Positions 10,472-18,878 of a DNA stretch of 30,491 bases are shown piece by piece. The stretch is from Vulcanisaeta sp. AZ3. GTDB taxonomy: Archaea; Thermoproteota; Thermoprotei; Thermoproteales; Thermocladiaceae. Where the stretch lies: contig JZWU02000020.1 of assembly GCA_000960865.2 (NCBI GenBank), positions 1 to 30,491 of the forward strand, read 5' to 3'. The notes under the pieces were generated by a model. It had not been told where the DNA came from. It ran no database searches and was given only the letters and a program-made list of their open reading frames with translations. A program made the position numbers and the translations under genes. Within the stretch, counting starts at the first letter, position 1; each line of letters starts with the position of its first letter.

Positions 10472-11308
10472 ATGGAAGCATTTAGAGTTAGAGAGTTCCT
10501 GAGGGAAAGCCTTAGGAATATTTATGAGGCCATGAGTTCCTACGAACCCCTAGTTAGGGTTATTTCTGATAGGGTAATAATAATTGGCGACTTACATGGC
10601 GATAGTGATACGTTACTACAAATAATGAGTAAGTATCCACCCAGTGACTGGAAGTATGTAATGCTTGGGGATTATGTGGATAGAGGTCCTCATCAACTTG
10701 AGACACTTTACCTTGCCTTCAAGTTATTCCTTGAACATAATGCAATCCTACTTAGAGGTAATCACGAATCACCACTTACAAATTACGAATATGGATTCTA
10801 CATGGAATTACTGAGAAAGTTTGGTCAATATGATGGAGATTCGCTCTATGATAAGATTAAGGATGTATTTTCCCAAATGCCCATAACCGCGATTCTCAAT
10901 GATAAGTACTTCCTAGTACATGGGGGATTACCAATAAGCAATGTTAGTGTAGATAATATAATGAAGTTGCCAAAGCCTGATGAGCTACCGAATAATGAAG
11001 TGACATTTCAATTGCTATGGAATGACCCATCGGATAGCGTTAAAGAGTATGAACCAAACATAATTAGAGGACCTGGCACTTACTTATTCGGTCCAGCAAT
11101 TACTGAGAGATTCCTAGATAGGAGTGGTTTAAGTATGGTGATCCGCGGGCATGAGTACGTGCCTCAAGGCTATAAGTGGAATCATGGGAATAAGGTACTA
11201 ACGATATTCACATCTAAGGCAGATCCTTACAGCGGAACTAGGGCACATATAGCCGTGATTAGCAATAACTCATTAAGTATAGTTGAGGTTGGTTCGTCCA
11301 ATAATTAA
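10472..11308 (+). CDS. PPP-family serine/threonine protein phosphatase (metallophosphoesterase)
   Basis: GDLHG, GDYVDRG, LRGNHE, VHGG, LLWNDP, RGPG..FG, IRGHE, LTIF: the full PP1-like motif set. Confidence 0.93.
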   Translation: MEAFRVREFLRESLRNIYEAMSSYEPLVRVISDRVIIIGDLHGDSDTLLQIMSKYPPSDWKYVMLGDYVDRGPHQLETLYLAFKLFLEHNAILLRGNHESPLTNYEYGFYMELLRKFGQYDGDSLYDKIKDVFSQMPITAILNDKYFLVHGGLPISNVSVDNIMKLPKPDELPNNEVTFQLLWNDPSDSVKEYEPNIIRGPGTYLFGPAITERFLDRSGLSMVIRGHEYVPQGYKWNHGNKVLTIFTSKADPYSGTRAHIAVISNNSLSIVEVGSSNN

Positions 11309-11360
11309 TCAGCCTGGGTCGGCCCGGTCATAAATCCCCATCAGAGATGGTCATCATTAT
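11306..11360 (-). ncRNA. C/D box sRNA (2'-O-methylation guide)
   Basis: Minus strand: C box ATGATGA (11357-11351), 12 nt, D'-like GGGA, C'-like TTATGA, guide CCGGGCCGACCCAGG, D box CTGA (11312-11309). C-to-D span is 49 nt; TATA-like AATATAAG about 25 nt upstream. Confidence 0.75.
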
Positions 11361-11455
11361 GTATAAGTCATTAATCTCTCTCCTTATATTTTAATTCTAG
11401 TAACCAAATGATTTATAAATAACCCTCTTTTTATCATAATTGCAAGGCGGTTACT

Positions 11456-11785
11456 ACGTCTGAGTCTGAGAGACCGAGAAGGAGAGGTTATCAAAGAGGT
11501 GGTAGAGGTCCACGAGGTCCGAAGCCTGTAAATGTTGGTGATGTGTTGGATGTAAATATTGTAGAGACGTCCAAGAGAGGTGATGGTATAGCTAGAGTAA
11601 GAGGCTTCGTAATTTTTGTACCAAATACAAAGCCTGGCGATAAGGTTAAGGTCAAGATAACTAGGGTTAGCAGATCATACGCGGTTGCTGAAGTGACTCA
11701 AGAGGGCTCCGAGCAAGGATCAACTAGTCAAAGCGCTGAGGAATCTGAGGAGAGCGGCGGCTTCGAGGAGGAATCTGAGGAGTAA
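11456..11785 (+). CDS. Single-TRAM-domain RNA-binding protein with Arg/Gly-rich N-terminus and acidic tail
   Basis: KPVNVGDVLDVNIVETSKRGDGIARVRGFVIFVPNTKPGDKVKVKIT is a TRAM domain. The domain begins upstream of GTG 11543; proposed start is ACG 11456. Confidence 0.85.
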   Translation, partial: TSESERPRRRGYQRGGRGPRGPKPVNVGDVLDVNIVETSKRGDGIARVRGFVIFVPNTKPGDKVKVKITRVSRSYAVAEVTQEGSEQGSTSQSAEESEESGGFEEESEE

Positions 11786-11876
11786 GTTCACGGTATTTCT
11801 AAACTTATTTAAAATCGAATTAGTCTTCTAATAATTAATGGTAAACCTCTAGTTATCGTCAATTTAATCACACTCC

Positions 11877-12950
11877 TCATTGCTTGAGGATACCAAACCT
11901 TACCCCCATTACCTTCTTAATTAAATTACCGGTATCAATCATGGAAAATGCAGTAACGCCTAACCTCCCCATAACTAAGTTATCAATACCGTAAGTACCC
12001 AATGAAATGTAGTAAGCTAAGGATAAGTTTCTAATTAATGGTCTAACCAACCTAAGGTAATTTCCAGCAAACTCTCCAGAGGCTCTTGATTTACCTAGTG
12101 CCAGGGCTGCCGCAATCCCTGTGTACATAGCATAGAATATACCCTCACCCGTGGTTGGATCAGCAAATCCACCCGCATCTCCAACTAGGGCGATGCGCTT
12201 AATTACGATCCTATCACGATGCCTAATCGGTATTGGATGACCCAGAACAGCACCCATTTTCATCTTTAACGTATTCACGTACTCAATTAACCGCTGTCTA
12301 TAATCGCCCCATTGAAGCGATCCGATGCCAACATCATACTCATTACCGCCCCTGGGGAAGACCCAGGAATAGCCCCACCTAGCCCTAGTCATATCAAGTA
12401 CGCAAACATCACTTAAGTGCTCTCCGTGTGCTATTGTCATGAATGCTATGGCAACACCCTTCCTAATGTTATTACCTAATCCTTTAGCAATTACAGAATT
12501 AACTCCATCAGCCGCAATAACATACTTACCAACATAAGTATTATTCATGCCAATAACACTTACCCAATCACCATCATTATGAACTGCAACGACTCTATCA
12601 ACCACATAATCAACACCCTCATCAAGCGCCTTAGTTAGTAAGTAATTATCAAATTCATCTCTCGAAACAACGCTGATAATTGGTTCATCACTAGTTATTA
12701 CGAATGAACCAGCATTATTAACCAAAACAACCCTACCGCAACTATCACGAATAACAGGCTCCACATCAATACCAACACTATGTAACAACGTCACAGACTT
12801 CTGCGTCAATCCGCCACCGCAAGGCTTAATCCTTGGAAATCTAAATCTATCAATAATAAGAACCCTAAGACCCAACCTAGCCGCTGTATAAGCTGCCATA
12901 GAACCTGCAGGACCTGCACCAACCACTATAGCATCGTAAATATTACCCAT
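11877..12950 (-). CDS. Geranylgeranyl-reductase-family FAD-dependent oxidoreductase (C-terminus possibly frameshifted, true end 11809)
   Basis: YDAIVVGAGPAGS, FPRIKPCGGG, VIAADG, GYSWVFP, LVGDAGGFADPTTGEGI motifs. Confidence 0.9.
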   Translation of the reverse strand: MGNIYDAIVVGAGPAGSMAAYTAARLGLRVLIIDRFRFPRIKPCGGGLTQKSVTLLHSVGIDVEPVIRDSCGRVVLVNNAGSFVITSDEPIISVVSRDEFDNYLLTKALDEGVDYVVDRVVAVHNDGDWVSVIGMNNTYVGKYVIAADGVNSVIAKGLGNNIRKGVAIAFMTIAHGEHLSDVCVLDMTRARWGYSWVFPRGGNEYDVGIGSLQWGDYRQRLIEYVNTLKMKMGAVLGHPIPIRHRDRIVIKRIALVGDAGGFADPTTGEGIFYAMYTGIAAALALGKSRASGEFAGNYLRLVRPLIRNLSLAYYISLGTYGIDNLVMGRLGVTAFSMIDTGNLIKKVMGVRFGILKQ

Positions 12951-13024
12951 AATTCTTAATCCTGGCCTGCTAGCTTCCTTTAAAATTAATCTAGCAGTTA
13001 ATGACCGTGCATTACCATAATTAA

Positions 13025-13182
13025 TAAAAGCCTCGTTCTTTACGCCGTAATTAACCTATACAAAAGATTGCTTTCTCAAGCGGCAGAGAACTTTGCCTTC
13101 CACAATTGCTCCTCCGATGACCAATGAAACCCTGAGCAAGGAGAGGAATCTCTTACGTCTCTCAGGGCAGGGAGGAAGTCAA
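13025..13182 (+). mobile_element. Degenerate non-autonomous IS200/IS605-family (tnpB-type) element/MITE
   Basis: Left-end-like AAAAGCCTCGTTCTTTA and right-end-like CTCAGGGCAGGGAGGAAGTCAA. The internal ATTGCTCCTCCGATGACCAATGAAACCCTGA resembles crenarchaeal tnpB 3'/omega-RNA sequence (from recall). Excision restores an in-frame GT2 C-terminus. Confidence 0.65.
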
Positions 13183-14688
13183 TAGCCTTAGTCCATATAT
13201 GAGGATTGCCGTTATGCTGGCAATGTATATTACGGTTATAAATTGGCCATTAATTAATAACAGAGCCATTATAGTGACCAAGATTGGGATTGGTAATATT
13301 TCGTGAGCTAAACCCCGAAGTGATACATTAGCATGAACGTGGGGGTCCTTAGGTGTTGGTATCCACACCCACTCATCAGTTAGTAATGATTCAATTGAGT
13401 ATATAAGCATTGGAAATGACATCACAATAGCCAACAATGTGCTCCTAGCCATATTAACCATAGTGTTCCAAAGACCATATCCAGTTCGCTTACTTAATAT
13501 TAGTAGTACAATGATTAGGGGTATCGTAGTAATTACAATTAAGGTCTCAAGAAGCAGTATTTGTATTGGAGGTACTATGACCCCAAGTAGTGATAACACT
13601 GCCGTTATTAGTATGGATATGGCAGCAAAGGACATACTTGGAAACTGAAGCATCCATAGGATTCCATCAATCTTCTCCCATAGAGATGTCTCCCTGGATT
13701 TTAGCAGTAATAATGTATTGTGCCTTAAGTTCCATACACCATTAAATAACCACCTACTAAACTGTTTCTTCAGTGATAAGTAATCGTGTGGCACCTCACA
13801 ATAAACATCTTCATTAAGAAGCCCAACCCTATAACCCATAGCCCTAAGCCTAATGCTTAAGTCAAGATCCTCGCCAGTACATTCACAAAAACCATTAAGT
13901 GCATTAAGAACTCTCCTCCAAATCACAATATTATTACCACTTATTGCAGGAAACCCGTTACTGAGAAATCTACCCCTTATGAATACCTCATTATAAACAT
14001 CATACATGAACTTTACAAGTCTCGAGATCACGTTATCAACACTGTAATAGCCCTTCCAAACAGCCGTAACTGCATCATATCTACTCTGCAGCATGTTAAC
14101 GGCATTCAATAAGTAATTGCGTGGTAACATAGTATCTATATCGAATATTGCTATCATATCACCCCTTGCATACTTAAGTCCGTAATTCAGGGCGCCACCT
14201 TTATAACCAACGCTTTTTGCTCTACGTACAATACTAATATTAATGCCAAGCCTACGCGCAAAATCATTAATCAAATTCCTAAGACTATTTACGTAGTACT
14301 CAGGATCATCGCTAATAAATATGACCTCGAGTAAATTTTTCGGATAATTAAGCCCGGCTATGTTATGAAGACTCCTCTCTATTGTTAATGGACTCTCACT
14401 CTTTATTGGTATTAGTATTGTTATGAAGGACAATTTCCGCGGAACTCCGCTACTCTTTGACTTCTTTACATATCTTAAGCTCCTTACACCATACCTAACT
14501 AATGCAATTACTTGAATTAGGCTTAAGATTAGTATTATTATCGATACTACGTATGTTATTGCCAATATTATTTGGGCAATTGGCGTAAGGGGGCTTGTTA
14601 TTATGCCCCAGGGATATTGATTCATTATGTATTGCTGAACAACCTGCCTTACTAACTCCTTGATCTCCACGTAATTATTAATACTCAT
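13162..14688 (-). CDS. Membrane glycosyltransferase family 2 (processive, cellulose-synthase-like)
   Basis: ILIPIKSE, ISDD, GYKGGALN, IFDID, GEDLDL, KQFSRW (QxxRW) and multiple TM helices. Confidence 0.92.
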   Translation of the reverse strand: MSINNYVEIKELVRQVVQQYIMNQYPWGIITSPLTPIAQIILAITYVVSIIILILSLIQVIALVRYGVRSLRYVKKSKSSGVPRKLSFITILIPIKSESPLTIERSLHNIAGLNYPKNLLEVIFISDDPEYYVNSLRNLINDFARRLGINISIVRRAKSVGYKGGALNYGLKYARGDMIAIFDIDTMLPRNYLLNAVNMLQSRYDAVTAVWKGYYSVDNVISRLVKFMYDVYNEVFIRGRFLSNGFPAISGNNIVIWRRVLNALNGFCECTGEDLDLSIRLRAMGYRVGLLNEDVYCEVPHDYLSLKKQFSRWLFNGVWNLRHNTLLLLKSRETSLWEKIDGILWMLQFPSMSFAAISILITAVLSLLGVIVPPIQILLLETLIVITTIPLIIVLLILSKRTGYGLWNTMVNMARSTLLAIVMSFPMLIYSIESLLTDEWVWIPTPKDPHVHANVSLRGLAHEILPIPILVTIMALLLINGQFITVIYIASITAILIYGLRLLTSSLP

Positions 14689-14719
14689 TATGTAGTGCCT
14701 AACCTAGGGTAATAACCCT

Positions 14720-15361
14720 TTATTTTAATTTCTCACCGGTCTTGATCAATTCCTTAAGCTTTGATAACGCATCTTCATACTTCATGGACAACACGAGCAA
14801 TTCTGTAGTGCCATATCTCCTTAGTATTCCATGCTTAACGAGATCATCAATACTATCCTTAATGGTTTTCCTCACTATGTATGAGTATATTGCAACTATC
14901 CTCTTAGCCTGTGCCGATATGTCCATATCAAACATTTCCCCATATAACTTAGATACATCCTCAATAATACTAACCACATCATTAAGCTCCACGGAACCAC
15001 TAATCTTTATCTTGGAGCCCTCAAGTTCCACATTAATATTCATGAGACGAAGAATATCTATTATGAGGTCTATGGGCATCGCAGCCTTAAGCCTTGCTTT
15101 ATTAAGCAATATTGACATATCATACACCTTAACATTGAATCTACCCCTCATAGCCTTAATATCATCATAAATCCTCCTAATTTCAGAGGAGTAAAGCTCT
15201 ACTTCATAAGGCTCACCTTGCACGGCAACACGAACCTTAACACCCCTCCCAACATCATACTTAATGAATAACAACCTACTCTTAATTCTCTTAGTCAACA
15301 TCTCCATGAAAGTTAACGCCTCATCAAAATCATTAAACACGAAAACCAATTCCCTACGCAC
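14720..15361 (-). CDS. Conserved archaeal hypothetical protein (possibly DUF2067-like)
   Basis: 213-aa ORF from GTG, co-oriented with its neighbours. The family assignment is from recall only. Confidence 0.75.
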   Translation of the reverse strand: MRRELVFVFNDFDEALTFMEMLTKRIKSRLLFIKYDVGRGVKVRVAVQGEPYEVELYSSEIRRIYDDIKAMRGRFNVKVYDMSILLNKARLKAAMPIDLIIDILRLMNINVELEGSKIKISGSVELNDVVSIIEDVSKLYGEMFDMDISAQAKRIVAIYSYIVRKTIKDSIDDLVKHGILRRYGTTELLVLSMKYEDALSKLKELIKTGEKLK

Positions 15362-15401
15362 CCTAGACCCTCAATAACCCAGCATAGAGGTATATAAGGA
15401 C

Positions 15402-16853
15402 TTAACCCTTAGGTAATACGGAAATAATCACGTGATGAGGCATGACGGAGGTTTTGGCTACCTCGCCTTCGATCTCTGAGGCTATATCATGAGCCAAGGC
15501 TACACTTATACTCGATGGTAAATAAACTAACACCCTAACAATATTTGTCCCACTTATACTCACTACTTGTATATCACTAACGTAACCTCCATACTTAGAA
15601 CTAACCGCACTTGCAGCTCTCCTAATCTCATCAACGTTTACCACTTCCTTTTCTGGCTCAATATGAATCCAAACCCTGGCATTCGGCACAACACTCCTAA
15701 CCTCCCTCTCTATCTTATTAATCACGTGATTAATGCTCTCTAACTCTGAATCGCCCTTAACAACAACATGCATTGTAACAACCACATCGCCCTCAGGTAA
15801 AACCATTACCTCGAGATTATGTATATTAATGAGTAATGGATCACTTATTGAAGAAAGTACGCGTTCAATCCGTCCCTTAAGCTCAGATTCCACGAGCTCA
15901 GGTTCTACATGTACCATAATTATTGAAGGCCCAACTTTCTGACTAATGGCGGACTCAACCTTATCCGCAATACCGTGGGCCTCTGATATACTTAGATTAT
16001 CGGAAACCCCTATCGTTATCTCCACATGAGCCATGGATCCGGCTCTCCTGGCCTTCACATCCTTTACAGACAAAACACTTGGCACACTCAATGCGGCCTC
16101 CCTAGCCCTCTTGACTAAGTCCTCGGATATCCTATCCATTAGCTCATCAATGGAAGTTCTGATAAGCCTGGCTCCAATCATTGAGAAGTAAATCACAATA
16201 CCGAAGGCAAATAGAGAATCAAGTAATGTACCCCAGACATCGAAGGCATGAACACTCACTACATCCATAACCTTACCCACAATTATTAATACTATAACAG
16301 ATGATGATACGGCAATATCACTCATGAAGTGATAAGAGTCTGCTTCAAGAGCTCTACTATTCCACTTAATAGCAGCCCTTCTCAAAGCTCTTGACCTATT
16401 GATATCTATGACTACGGCTATTGCCATAACCACTGCAGCCACAGGATCAGGACTAAAAGGTACCCTCATTATTAATCGCTCAGCGCTCTCATAACCAATT
16501 AAGATACCCGTAATTATTATGAATAATGAACCTAAAAAACCACCAATGCTCTCAGCCTTACCATGACCATAAGGATGCTCCCTATCTGGTGGTTTAGAGC
16601 CAACACTAACAGCAGTGAGCGTTATCGCGGTAACTAATACATCCAGGGCAGTATGCATGGTCTCTGCCAATACGGCAAGAGAATTCGTTATTAACCAGGC
16701 AATTAAGTTCATAATAGTTATCGATAATGATGCCAGTAATGAAAGAATAGCAACCCTAGTCTTCTCATTCCTCATCATAAGCAAAAGACTTCTCATCTCT
16801 TCCAAGCTATACCCTGTTTGGTCATTAATTAGTCTATCTTCACGCATTTTCAT
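15402..16853 (-). CDS. Cation diffusion facilitator (FieF/CzcD-like) with three C-terminal ZT-dimer domains
   Basis: SLAVLAETMHTALD, KPPDREHPYGHGKAE, ALEADSYHFMSD motifs, followed by three repeated cytoplasmic domains (AH.IA..VE...HVEP). Confidence 0.92.
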   Translation of the reverse strand: MKMREDRLINDQTGYSLEEMRSLLLMMRNEKTRVAILSLLASLSITIMNLIAWLITNSLAVLAETMHTALDVLVTAITLTAVSVGSKPPDREHPYGHGKAESIGGFLGSLFIIITGILIGYESAERLIMRVPFSPDPVAAVVMAIAVVIDINRSRALRRAAIKWNSRALEADSYHFMSDIAVSSSVIVLIIVGKVMDVVSVHAFDVWGTLLDSLFAFGIVIYFSMIGARLIRTSIDELMDRISEDLVKRAREAALSVPSVLSVKDVKARRAGSMAHVEITIGVSDNLSISEAHGIADKVESAISQKVGPSIIMVHVEPELVESELKGRIERVLSSISDPLLINIHNLEVMVLPEGDVVVTMHVVVKGDSELESINHVINKIEREVRSVVPNARVWIHIEPEKEVVNVDEIRRAASAVSSKYGGYVSDIQVVSISGTNIVRVLVYLPSSISVALAHDIASEIEGEVAKTSVMPHHVIISVLPKG

Positions 16854-16876
16854 TTTGATATCAAATCTGATATCAG
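16854..16876. promoter_or_regulatory. Twin palindromic TGATATCA boxes, candidate repressor operator
   Basis: TTTGATATCAAA (16854-16865) and CTGATATCAG (16867-16876) fill the gap between the CDF TATA (16877-16884) and its ATG. Confidence 0.55.
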
Positions 16877-16947
16877 TTAATAAACCTTACGAGTAATGGG
16901 ATAAAAAGGCGAAGGGTTTATTAACTACTTCCATTAGGGTTGCCCTA

Positions 16948-17949
16948 ATGGATACACGAATGGGAATAGCATCAGTAATGAATCTATCACTTATGGGAAT
17001 TGCTATGATAGTGCTAGGTCTAGGTATATTTAACATAAACTTCCTACTACACCCACCAAGTGGATTGCCCGTGACCATAATATTAATAGTGTCGTTGTTA
17101 CTTGGGATGTTGCATGGGATAACTCCGGATGAGCATACATGGCCAATAACCTTTAGCTACGCAGTTGGCGAGTATAGCACTAGGGGCGGTATGAAGGCAG
17201 GATTCCTCTTCTCCCTAGGATTCACGGCACAGAGAGCTATATTAACAACGCTAGGTTTTGCAGGCTTAGCATACTTCTACATGAAGTATAACCTAGATGG
17301 ACCAGTATACTTCGTGGTTGGTTTTGTCATGGCGTTAGCAGGTTCATACATATTGAGAGGTAGGTATATACATATACCAATTGATGTGTGGTTAGGTGGC
17401 CATAAGCACCACACAAATGAGGCTAGTAGGTTACCATTGCATGAGGCTAATTCTCCAAGGCCCATCCCAATAAAAATGACTCTACTTCATGGCTTTATAG
17501 CAGGATTCGGCTTTGGGGCTTACGCATCAATAATAACGTTCATTCTAGCACCGCAATTGCCGAGTATAGTGTATGCTCCATTACCTGGTGTTATGTTTGG
17601 GATTGGTACAATGATAATGCAAATAATACTTGGTGCAATCTTCGGCAGTAGCCTAAGATCCAAGGGATTAACAGAGGAGGAGATTAAGCATGTGGGAAGG
17701 AAGACTGCAGGATTCACACTATACTACGGCGGTATCGTCTTCGCTCTAGTGGGGTTATTAATAATATTCTTACCACAGATAGATGCTTGGGCCATAAGTA
17801 CTGGAATACCAATACCGAACTTAAGCGCCATTGATGTAGGCTTCCTATTAGTAATATCCGTCGTTGGCATAATAGGGCTTATAGGAATAATAAAATCATA
17901 CAAAGAAGCCACAAAACTCTATAGAGCTCACTCAAAAATAAGTAATTAA
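16948..17949 (+). CDS. NiCoT/NicO-like nickel/cobalt membrane transporter
   Basis: LLGMLHGITPDEHTW (resembles HX4DH), His-rich loop GGHKHH, LHGFIAGFG, about 8 TM segments. TATA TTTATTAA about 24 nt upstream. Confidence 0.7.
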   Translation: MDTRMGIASVMNLSLMGIAMIVLGLGIFNINFLLHPPSGLPVTIILIVSLLLGMLHGITPDEHTWPITFSYAVGEYSTRGGMKAGFLFSLGFTAQRAILTTLGFAGLAYFYMKYNLDGPVYFVVGFVMALAGSYILRGRYIHIPIDVWLGGHKHHTNEASRLPLHEANSPRPIPIKMTLLHGFIAGFGFGAYASIITFILAPQLPSIVYAPLPGVMFGIGTMIMQIILGAIFGSSLRSKGLTEEEIKHVGRKTAGFTLYYGGIVFALVGLLIIFLPQIDAWAISTGIPIPNLSAIDVGFLLVISVVGIIGLIGIIKSYKEATKLYRAHSKISN

Positions 17950-17972
17950 AGCCCATGCCTTCATGGCTTTTT
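17948..17972. terminator. Hairpin plus T-run between convergent genes
   Basis: AAAGCC(C)ATG-CCTT-CATGGCTTT followed by TT. Confidence 0.35.
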
Positions 17973-17991
17973 AAATCGTGATTTATTTAAA

Positions 17992-18717
17992 TTACATCAA
18001 CTTACCAACCTTAGCAACACGTATAACCCTATCCGGGTAATTAGTCGTTATATCATCAATACCGAGATTAAGAAGTTCCCTAGCTCTCTCTTCATCATTC
18101 ACGGTCCAAGCACCAACCTTAAAACCTAACCTATGAGCTAGCTCCACGCCCTCATTATCAATGAGGTCATGGGCTGCATGAAGCCATTGGGCATTAAGTC
18201 GCCTGGCAATGTCTATGAACCAACCTACTCTACCAATGAATATTATGCCTATCTCAATATCCCTATCAATGGCCCTAACGTTATTGAGCGCATCATAGTC
18301 GAAGGATATTATTTGTCCATCAACATTATACCTCCTAATCAACTCCACAACTCTTCTCTCAATACCAGGATAATAATCACTACCCCTCTTAATCTCAATC
18401 TTATACCTAACCCTCCTGCCAAACTCTCTAAACACCTCCTCAAGTGTTGGTATCCTAATCCCACGCCACTTACCACCAAACCTAACACCAGCATCTAATT
18501 CCCTAGTCTCCCTTAGGGTTAGGTTCTTAACATAACCATGACCATTAGTGGTTCTATCTACCGTAAAGTCATGAATAACGACAACCTCACCATCCTTAGT
18601 CATATGGACATCAAGTTCAATACCATCAACACCCATACTAATGGCGAGGTTGAATGAGGGCATGGTATTCTCAGGGGCGTAACCCATGGCACCTCTATGT
18701 CCAAAAATAAGAACCAT
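17992..18717 (-). CDS. Glycerophosphodiester phosphodiesterase (GDPD/UgpQ family)
   Basis: GHRGAMGYAPENT, IELDVHMTKDG.VVVIHD, IPTLEE, EIK, AWTVN, ITTNYP motifs. Confidence 0.95.
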   Translation of the reverse strand: MVLIFGHRGAMGYAPENTMPSFNLAISMGVDGIELDVHMTKDGEVVVIHDFTVDRTTNGHGYVKNLTLRETRELDAGVRFGGKWRGIRIPTLEEVFREFGRRVRYKIEIKRGSDYYPGIERRVVELIRRYNVDGQIISFDYDALNNVRAIDRDIEIGIIFIGRVGWFIDIARRLNAQWLHAAHDLIDNEGVELAHRLGFKVGAWTVNDEERARELLNLGIDDITTNYPDRVIRVAKVGKLM

Positions 18718-18878
18718 ATTGCGTTAGTCTAGGTTTAGGGTTAAATTAAGCTTATCAATGCTGAAAGTTCTAAGAGCCTAGACTTCTAATATCCATTCAA
18801 AGCCTTGGAGGAGTCCATTACGCATTAATTAAACTTAAGTGTGCAGGACCACCTTACTCCTTAAATAATGAATTACTG

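Noticed and set aside
18726-18817. 8-bp inverted repeat (AGTCTAGG/CCTAGACT) and weak echoes of the IS-like ends (TAAGAGCCTAG, GGAGGAGTCCA)
   Set aside because: Too short and degenerate to distinguish from chance.
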